Below, piece after piece: positions 1-7,504 of a DNA stretch of 64,000 bases; the stretch's first letter is position 1; every line of letters begins with the position of its first letter. The stretch covers positions 434,001 through 498,000 of the forward strand of contig NC_134028.1 in assembly GCF_964204645.1 (NCBI RefSeq), in the 5' to 3' direction. Position numbers and translations under genes: made by a program. The notes below the pieces were generated by a model that ran no database searches, was not told the origin of the DNA, and worked only from the letters and a program-made list of their open reading frames with translations. Source of the stretch: Tubulanus polymorphus (lineage: Eukaryota; Animalia; Nemertea).

Positions 1-754
1 GGTTCGAACACGGGACATTCCGTACCCATAATGACGCGATTAGACACGTGATCGATGGTCGTCCTCATTCAGAAGATGAATTTAATTGTGAAACATGGTC
101 ATATCCAGGAATAGTTAAACCCGGCGATCAATGTCTCGACTAAAACCGCGTGTCTATATCGATATTTGTACTGTTAATCGTCGTATTAGGTGCCTACGGA
201 TTCATCTTCTTTACGATAACCTACAACGATACGATTTCAAACTGTGTTCTACCCGTACTCGAAGTAGGCCTAACTACCAATTTCACGTTGTTTGGAGCCA
301 TTTTAGGACAGTGTAACTTCAACCTAGAGCGATTTCACCCACCCCGAGTGCTACTTGATAAAAGTTCCTGTGTATCAAGTTTAATCGTAATCGGTCCATT
401 GGGTCAAGAGATATAGACATTTATCCAAAGCGACACCTATATGGAAAAGAGTGGAAATTGTTGCATACCAACCGTAAAATAGATATTGTGGTTTTTATAT
501 ATATTGAATAATGTCACCAACTCTCTAATTCATTCAGAAATAAAATACTGTTTTGAGCGAAGTATCTTTTAAATAAAGTGGCTTCTAAGGATAAAGCGAA
601 TATTTGTGTTCAAAATATATAAGTTAGTATAGAATCTATTCACCAAAAAATAACCTGAGTCAAACAGATGATCATCGTACTACAAATACCTCGCTGGGCC
701 AAAAGTTACCCTAACCTGTGGCACTAACCCTAACCGTAGATCGAACGTAATCCT

Positions 755-826
755 AACCCTAGCAGGACTCGAACCTGCGAACTCCAGCATGCCGGCCGAG
801 CATGCTAACCACTAGAACGCTGAGTT
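755..826 (-). mobile_element. tRNA-derived SINE-like head / tRNA pseudogene abutting TTAGGG-type repeats (also 11686-11757, 28727-28798, 39851-39922, 47445-47516, 62850-62921)
   Basis: The minus strand reads AACTCAG-CGGTCTAGTGGTTAG (A box)...GCAGG-TTCGAGT-CCTGC (T arm, B box)-TAGGGTT. The anticodon arm does not fold canonically. The adjacent + strand sequence is taaccctaaccc. Confidence 0.65.
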
Positions 827-1078
827 CTGGTGGCTGACTAAGTTTGTGAATACGTGTGGTCAGTGTGGTACAAGGCCAACACTAGGGTTAATGCGTTTAT
901 CAAACAGGCCAACACTCGCGTCAGTGTTTGTTTCTTTGTAATTGCCTTTTTAGTGCCCTGGGGCCATTTCCATGGGTGATGGCTTAGGAGGTGAATCTAA
1001 GCTTTTCTCATATCGGTATTTGTACATAATTCAATCGTGAACGTCTTTCTGTATTCCAAGACTGATTCTATTGGCTGA

Positions 1079-1258
1079 TACAGTCAAACTAAATCGTTTA
1101 ATCCGCATCGGCTTAATCCGAATTTTGGTCTAATCCGGATAATATTTACAGTCAATTTATTCATTCATATACACGAAAATGACTTTTAATCCGGATTTGC
1201 CGTAAAACGGATGAATTTTGTTGGTTCCAATGATCGGAATTAGGGAGATTCTATCATA
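1079..1258. mobile_element. Degenerate Tc1/mariner-pogo-type MITE with repeated TAATCCG
   Basis: Starts TA-CAGTCAAAC...TTAATCCG and ends with a degenerate complement (cggaattagggagattct). Has four internal TAATCCG motifs. Present in every unit (truncated in some). Confidence 0.4.
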
Positions 1259-1599
1259 CTATTTACTCTCCTTATATAAAGCTCTCATGTTGGTAGAGTT
1301 ATTAATTTCTAACAAACTAGTGTTGAGTGATGAATGAAATTTGACTTAAGAAAAATCTGTATTCCTCACATGCCGCAGTAAAATAGCAAGACTGCATCAG
1401 ATAACAACCGTTCAGTGCTGCCCCTATGAATAACGATAGCGGAATTTCTGTGAACTAAAGTAGTAATCCACGGGCCTTTGATCCAAGAGCGTGGTTTTCA
1501 TTAGAATAAATTCTTTGAATATTGCGTAGAATATAAAAATTCAATATAATCGAAAAGAAGCCGAGACCTGCAATAGACTGGTTGCCATTTCTACTTTCG

Positions 1600-1680
1600 A
1601 ATGCAGGTGGCGGTGACCAGTCTAGCGGCGGGAATCCCAATCTGAGGTACACTATGACGCAATATCAAAATGGCGTGCTT
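1600..1680 (+). promoter_or_regulatory. Pol II promoter-like motif cluster (E2F, CCAAT, CRE/CEBP-like, YY1); also at ~18335-18410, ~29620-29700, ~52410-52490, ~63695-63770
   Basis: GGCGGGAA 1627-1634, CCAAT 1637-1641, ATGACGCAAT 1654-1663 and CAAAATGGCG 1666-1675 lie within 50 bp of each other, ~100 bp upstream of a strong GTAAGT donor. The E2F-like site is altered in copy 3. Confidence 0.55.
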
Positions 1681-2089
1681 TACCGAATTACCATAACACG
1701 AAATTAAGCAAAAACCTCACCTAAACATTGCCACCCTCCTTCCCGACCCCTGAAATCAGTATTTCAATATTTGGTAAGTGTTTGTAACATTGGTTTAAAT
1801 GGCGAAAAATATTCCATCTCAGATATTGTGGGAAATCAAATTATTTCAGAGGTACATCCTATAAACGGTGCACTTGGACTGGTGGCGCTCAGTCGAGCAT
1901 ATCGACGTCATTCCATCCTGATATATCTAGACCACGATGGGCTTCACCTCGCTGTTTTGTGATGAATTTGTTCTAAAATGATTCCATCGACTGATTACAT
2001 CAAACAGTGAAAACAGTGTAAGTTTATTTCATCTGTCGCTAAACCGATATTAATCACCACAGCAGTCCAAACGTGTCGGACACCAACCA

Positions 2090-2436
2090 ACATCCTCCCC
2101 AGGGAGGGATTCCAACCTGATGACATCGCTCGCTACACTCAGCCACAGCACGAACCCCTGCCACACTAGACCGGGTGCGCAGGTACATGCGCAGCTTTAC
2201 CGCGCGAAATCTTGCGGCACCAAACAGATCGCTCGTTAATCGCTGAGGTAAATTTCACGGAAGAACTATAAATGGGTAAACCCGGGCTAAAATAAAACTG
2301 AATTTCTGATTGGCTATTATTGACATCATCTAAGCTGCGCGTGTATCTGCTGCGCACTCGGTCTAGTGTGGCAGGGTTTCGTACCGAGGCAATCTGGATG
2401 CCATGAGGTTCGAGTCACTGCCGCGGGAGGATGGAT
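2090..2436. repeat. Intronic foldback (~100-bp arms), arms tRNA/SINE-related
   Basis: acgaacccctgccacactagaccgggtgcgcag...gcgcagctt (2150-2197) is complementary to aagctgcgc...tgcgcactcggtctagtgtggcagggtttcgt (2332-2382). Pairing extends to catcctccc / gggaggatg. The right arm has GGTCTAGTG and GGTTCGAGTC. The left arm is partly deleted in copy 4 (~52925). Confidence 0.85.
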
Positions 2437-2733
2437 GCCTCTACTTGCCTCCATTCGTCTGATATTGATGATGATGATGATCATTGGTTTCAGAAACAGA
2501 TAATATTTAAACTGTTCATTTTTTCATTACCTTTTTGTTTATATTTCATGTTCAACTCAGGATTCAAAACTGTGGATAGAAAAACCCCGTGAATAAATGA
2601 ACTGCAGATTGGAGTGAACAATCTAATTTGTTTGAATTTTAGATTTGATATTTCTGCAGTTATTTCTAAGGAAAGAAAACAATCTTAGATTTGTCTATTA
2701 TAGGTATCACTTCAACGTGTTCAACGGGAATTT

Positions 2734-2870
2734 TGATTCAGCACAGGAAAACAAGAATCACTCTTAGATTCAGCACAGGACAAGGAATCAGTGTTTCACA
2801 ATCAGACTTTTTTGGTTTCGCGCCGGACATCGGGAATCATTCTTGGATTCAGCATGACATCAGGAATCAC
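2734..2870 (+). repeat. Tandem GATTC-AGCACAGGA...-GAATC stem-loop repeats in predicted exon 3
   Basis: tgattc agcacaggaaaacaa gaatca; gattc agcacaggacaag gaatc; gattc agcatgacatcag gaatc. About 4 repeats in copy 1 and ~6 in copies 2-4. Confidence 0.8.
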
Positions 2871-3225
2871 TATAGCCTATGTGGAAATTCAAGATAAGTT
2901 ACATTAATCTTTATTTATCGGTTGTTGAATTGATTTTTAGGGACCAATTTTATATTGTTTGTTATAAACCATGTTTTGAAATGAAATCTCAGAAACCTGT
3001 TGCATTTATTCAATCATTTCAAATTTCTTTTGGTGAATATTTGACTATAATCAGTTCATGATTGGGATTGTTATTTCTGTAAGCGGGTTTACAGGTTTTC
3101 TAAATTGTGGTCAACTCAAATGTTATTTTTAATCAATATGAAACTGGTTCCTGATGTCAATAATACAACTGTTATCAATCATGTTCCTTCGTGACAATCA
3201 GATCATGTGTATCTTAAGAGTTAGA

Positions 3226-3422
3226 ATTTCTATAGATTAAACTGCTGTACTAATTTCATACTGATTGAACAGTTACAGATACATGTAACATTGTGTACAG
3301 ATACAGAGTACAGATCACTGCATTACTTCATCCTGTGATTGAACAGTGATTTAATGTTCTCTCATCTTCATTAGATTCCCATCCGTCTAACTAAAACATT
3401 AGAACATTCATCTCACCTAACC
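3226..3422. repeat. Left arm of ~197-bp long inverted repeat (also 20030-20227, 31350-31547, 54072-54268)
   Basis: Near-perfect reverse complement of 6965-7162. Confidence 0.97.
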
Positions 3423-3425
3423 ACA

Positions 3426-3650
3426 GGGTGTAGGGAGGGTGGATAGGTTTGGGGGAGGTAGGCCTATGGGGTGAGGGAGGGTGGGAGGTAAGGGGTGAGG
3501 GAGGGCGGGAGGTAAGGGGTGAGGGAGGGCGGGAGGGAAGGGGTGAGGGAGGGCAGGAGGGAAAGGGTACGGGAGGGAAGGGGTGAGGGAGGGCGGGAGG
3601 GATGTAGGGGTGGTGGTAGGACTTTGGAGGGAGGGATATAGGGTGGGGGT
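3426..3650 (+). repeat. G-rich tract (GGGAGGG/GGGAAGGGG), G-quadruplex-prone (also 20230-20548, 31550-31782, 54269-54542)
   Basis: Dozens of GGG runs with short loops, immediately inside the left IR arm. Confidence 0.9.
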
Positions 3651-3702
3651 TTTGGTACAGGTACAGGTGGTTTAGTCGTAGTTTTAGTCTCGAAATTCAG
3701 GA

Positions 3703-4458
3703 TATTTCAGAAAATGTGTCCCATCTTTTTATTATTCTAAGAAAGGATTAATCATTATGAAACACGTCATGTGGCCGCAACATGTGTGACTGCAACATGT
3801 CATGTTACAGTAAGCTGTATAAGCATCGGCCAATTGGACTCGTTCTATTTTACTATGAGACCCGGGTTTGATCCCCGGTGAGTGCGCACGTTATTTCACC
3901 GTCACTTCTCTCAATCGTTATGAGATAATTGCCCCCAGATTTCTGAATTGGGACGTTTCAATGTTTAGGGCCATTATTTAATGTGGTCAGGAATGAGTGA
4001 TATTTTTTGAATGATCACAAACTGCTCCTTGGCTCCGATCAAAATAAGGTTTCATTAATAATTGAATGAAACAACAATCATACGTAATAATTACTGTTGA
4101 TATCTGGCCGTTTACTGATACATTTCCAGCTGAAAGATGTATTTTCTTCTGTGCTATTTTAGAAACGGCTGTAAATACTGAGAACTGTATAGGACGACTT
4201 AGAAAATTGTTGACGAGAGTCGAGATGCAGTTCACATTCATTGCTGCCTCCTCTTTTTTCTGCAGATTCTTAGACAGAGACCTACTCTTCATTTTTGGAA
4301 GAAGAGTATAGAACTCATTAGAATAAGTGATATGTTTTGTAATCACTTTTATTGACACACTTCTTCATTTGCCTTCATGGCACAGTATATCACTATTCAT
4401 AGATATCCTTAATAATTACTTATCCTTTTCAAAAAGATGGGACACATTTTCTGAAATA
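3703..4458. repeat. 28-bp perfect inverted repeat enclosing ~700 bp
   Basis: tatttcagaaaatgtgtcccatcttttt (3703-3730) / aaaaagatgggacacattttctgaaata (4431-4458). Retained with a few mismatches in the other copies. Confidence 0.9.
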
Positions 4459-4760
4459 AACTGTACAATTTTTAGGTGGGACAAAGATTGACACGGAGAG
4501 ACTATTGTTCTATTATTATATTCATTTTAGAATAGGATAATATTCTATTTCTACCTGTGACTTATAATTCTATTCTAGACAGAATTTAAGGGGCTGCGAA
4601 TTAATTATACTTCTATCAGGAAATATTTTACTGAATTTAAAAGGCGTAAAAACAAATGATATTCAACCAGATGTAGTTGTAGTTTTTACAGTTAGGCTAC
4701 GGCAATCTTCCTACTACAATGAGATTCTGATAAAGCGTGGGGGAGGTGTATCTAGTGTAT

Positions 4761-6589
4761 TTTGCCATTTTTCACGATCATATCAGTTTATGAAAGTTAT
4801 TTCATCCTCCGCTGTTATTTAAAATATTATCAGCGCTCGATCAATTTGTCAGTTTATAACTTTTAGACTTCGATCAATGCATCATTTTCCGATAGACTCA
4901 AATTAGTCAGAATTATTTCGGACTTTATCAATTAGTACAAGATTTTGAGCCCATTCAGTGTGAACATAATTCTTCACTTTATTCTAGTGATGAGTGTTTA
5001 GTCCAATTCCCCTATTCAACATATGCAACGCTCATGAGCTATATTTACCCTCCGTGGTCACCAAATCAGAACCATAGACCAAACTTTGACTCTTTGGTAA
5101 ACCTAACAGGGCTATGAACCAAACTTTGACTCTTTGGTCACTAAACCTGAGCCTTGAACCAAGCTTTGACTCTTTGGTCACCAAACCTGAGCCATGAACC
5201 AAACTTTGACTCTTTGGTCACTAAACCTAAGCCATGAACCAAACTTTGACTCTTTGGTCACTAAACCTGAGCCTTGAACCAAAATTTGACTCTTTGGTCA
5301 CTAAACCTGAGCCATGAACCAAACTTCGACTCTTTGGTGACCATACCTGGGCTATGAACCAATATTTGACGCTTAGGTCACTAAACCAAGGCCATAAATG
5401 AAAGATTTAACGTTTTTTAAAGTTATTTCTGTTTCCTTCATGACTCAATATTTGAGAATGGAACAAATGACGTAGTTAATGAAAGATTCATCTGTATCAG
5501 TGTTGCTGCTGGTGCTGCTGCAGCTGCTGCTGCTGCTGGTGCAACTAACACAACCTTTTGCTGTTTGTCTCTAAAAGATTAAACTTTATCCAAGTCGGAA
5601 CGGATGAGAATTTTAGTGAGACGACAAATAAGGAAAAGCCATATGAAAAAATGTAAAGCGAATGCGTGAATAAAATAAAACAGCATGAAATGCTGATATA
5701 AAGAGTGGGGTCCGAGAGCAATTCGAAGGTTTAGTGTCCTGCACGCTTAGAGGGCGGGCAGGGGTCTATTCCTACCTCGACTCAAGTGCTAAAAGTAAGA
5801 GAAAAGAGTAAAAACGAAAAATGGCAAATGAAGGAAAAATGGCTGGAGTTTGATTTGTTCCACTGGGTTTAAGTGTTAACTTGAAAAGACAATCAAACAG
5901 ATTATTTATGACGTATATATTTTGCATCAGCAGTTTAAAAACATTGATTAATAACTTTTATGAATAGGATTCCATAAACTACTTGCTTATATGAAACCTC
6001 TAGTAGAGAGTATTGAAATAGTCCACAATGGTTTCATTTAGTGACGTCATGTTGAATTGGTGAAGCAACATCAATAGCAGTAATTGTTTTGATCTCAGCC
6101 ATCATTCTTGTCCTTGGTTTGTGTTTGCCTTTCTCGCGACATTTTGTGAGTGTGAAGGTTTGGTTCGGGCTTATTTCCTCGGTTCGGTTGAACCCTCCAT
6201 ATACGTCCCCCTCCCTTACAACATTAAGTTCCTCGGGTTTGGTTTGATGTTTTGTAGATGAAACCTCTACAACTCAAACTCGCATCATTTGATGAAATGA
6301 AATCTGTTTACAGACGACTGCTGCAACTTGTCGTGAAACTGAGATATATTGTGAATACTTATTAGAGGGAGTAGAAATAATAGGAATAATTTGATGAAAT
6401 TGATAAAGAAATCATCTGTAAAAATGAAGCCATGTGATTTTCAAGACCAACCCAGGCATATGATCATTTGAGGTCATCTGAATGCCTCCAAAATGTGTAG
6501 AGAAAGTATCTGTGAGTCCCATCAATGATGCAATTGATTAAGGATTTTGATCTATAAATGAAATTGATATGATCGTGAAAAATGGCAAA
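4761..6589. repeat. Degenerate ~1.8-kb palindrome closed by a perfect 25-bp inverted repeat
   Basis: tttgccatttttcacgatcatatca (4761-4785) / tgatatgatcgtgaaaaatggcaaa (6565-6589). Nested matches: 4923-4933/6398-6408, 5383-5391/6112-6120, 5467-5473/6044-6050. Confidence 0.8.
5055..5395 (+). repeat. 40-bp minisatellite, VNTR (also 22023-22362, 33005-33100, 56010-56190)
   Basis: Unit atgaaccaaactttgactctttggtcactaaacctgagcc. About 8, 8, 2.5 and 4 copies in units 1-4. Confidence 0.95.
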
Positions 6590-6639
6590 TCGTTTTGTAG
6601 TTATTGTACAGATGAGTGATGTGTGAAGAGGAGACAAGA

Positions 6640-6966
6640 GAGTTGAGGAGGCATTGAGGTAGGGCTAGGTGGGAGGGCATTGAGGGAGGGCCAGGTGGGA
6701 GGGCATTGAGAGAGTTGAGGAGGCATTGAGGTAGGGCTAGGTGGGAGGGCATTGAGGGAGGGCCAGGTGGGGGGGGGGGCATTGAGGGAGGGCTAGGGTA
6801 TGGGCGGGAGGGAAGGGGTCGGGTAGGGCGGGAGGGAAGGGATGAGGGAGGGAAGGAGGCGGGAGGGTAGGGGCGTGGGAGGGAAGGGGTCGGGAGGCGG
6901 GATTGAAGGGGTATGGGAGAGAAGAAGGGCGGGAGGGATGGGGTCTGGGAGGGTTGGGTCGGGAGG
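6640..6966 (+). repeat. G-rich tract, G-quadruplex-prone (also 23587-23820, 34355-34632, 57522-57742)
   Basis: gggagggcattgagggaggg repeats followed by GGGAGGGAAGGGG runs, ending directly at the right IR arm. Confidence 0.9.
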
Positions 6967-7162
6967 TTAGATGAGTTGAAATGTTCTGATGTTTTAGTTC
7001 GACAGATGGGAATCTAATGAAGATGAGAGAACATTAAATCACTGTTCAATCACAGGATGAAGTAATGCAGTGATCTGTACTCTGTATCTGTACACAATGT
7101 TACATGTATCTGTAACTGTACAATCAGTATTAAATAAGTACAGCAGTTTAATCCACAGAAAT
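6965..7162. repeat. Right arm of ~197-bp long inverted repeat (also 23819-24016, 34631-34828, 57741-57938)
   Basis: For example, aatctaatgaagatgagagaacattaaatcactgttcaatcacaggatgaagtaatgcagtgatctgtactctgtatctgtacacaatgttacatgtatctgtaactg is the exact reverse complement of part of the left arm. Confidence 0.97.
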
Positions 7163-7421
7163 CCTGTACTGTTTCTGTCTGATTGATTGATAATTTGAGA
7201 TGTTACATTCTGCTCTATTGTCACTGATTATTGCTTCTTTTTCTTTTCAGAATGAAATGAATGCAATAGAATTTACTATTTAAACAGGCTCATTTAAAGG
7301 TAAGTACAAAACTGTTAATGAATTTCTCCACAGAATGCTTCACAGTCTCTGTTGATATTTTGAATTATTTTTGAACTAAAAATTACTGTTTTACTCTCAG
7401 TTACAGGATGAGATACACACC

Positions 7422-7504
7422 GCAGCAGCAGCAGCAACAGCAGCACTAGCAGTACCTGCAGTGCCAGCACCATGCAGCAACAGCGCCACCAGCAGTGGCA
7501 GCAG
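7422..7504 (+). repeat. CAG-rich ~43-58-bp VNTR in predicted exon 5 (also 24274-24573, 35088-35323, 58198-58421)
   Basis: Core gcaacagcagcactggcagtacc(t/c)gcagtaccagcaccatgca. About 1, 5, 4 and 3 repeats in units 1-4. The unit length is not a multiple of 3. Confidence 0.9.

Noticed and set aside
131-416. Short hydrophobic ORF MSISIFVLLIVVLGAYG...
   Set aside because: Non-ATG start, variable indels among copies, mostly deleted in copy 3, and the 3' half runs into repeat sequence.
720-762. CTAACCCTAAC as a telomerase RNA template or telomere
   Set aside because: Only two short interrupted runs attached to a SINE-like element. No pseudoknot or H/ACA domain seen.
755-826. Functional tRNA gene
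   Set aside because: The D and anticodon arms do not form canonical stems, and the copies vary at paired positions.
3987-4358. 123-aa minus-strand ORF containing SNEFYTLLP, faintly like the PARP regulatory-domain FYTLIP motif
   Set aside because: Non-ATG start, frameshifted by a 1-nt deletion in copies 2 and 3, and no catalytic-domain motifs. A profile search (HHpred or tblastn) would be needed to rescue it.
5055-5395. CRISPR-like appearance of the 40-bp, 33-bp and 75-bp repeats
   Set aside because: No unique spacers, no cas genes, eukaryotic context. These are tandem minisatellites.
3226-7162. Autonomous TIR transposon or actively invertible segment
   Set aside because: No transposase ORF and no clear target-site duplication. 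Pairing fades gradually outward, and all four copies have the interior in the same orientation.
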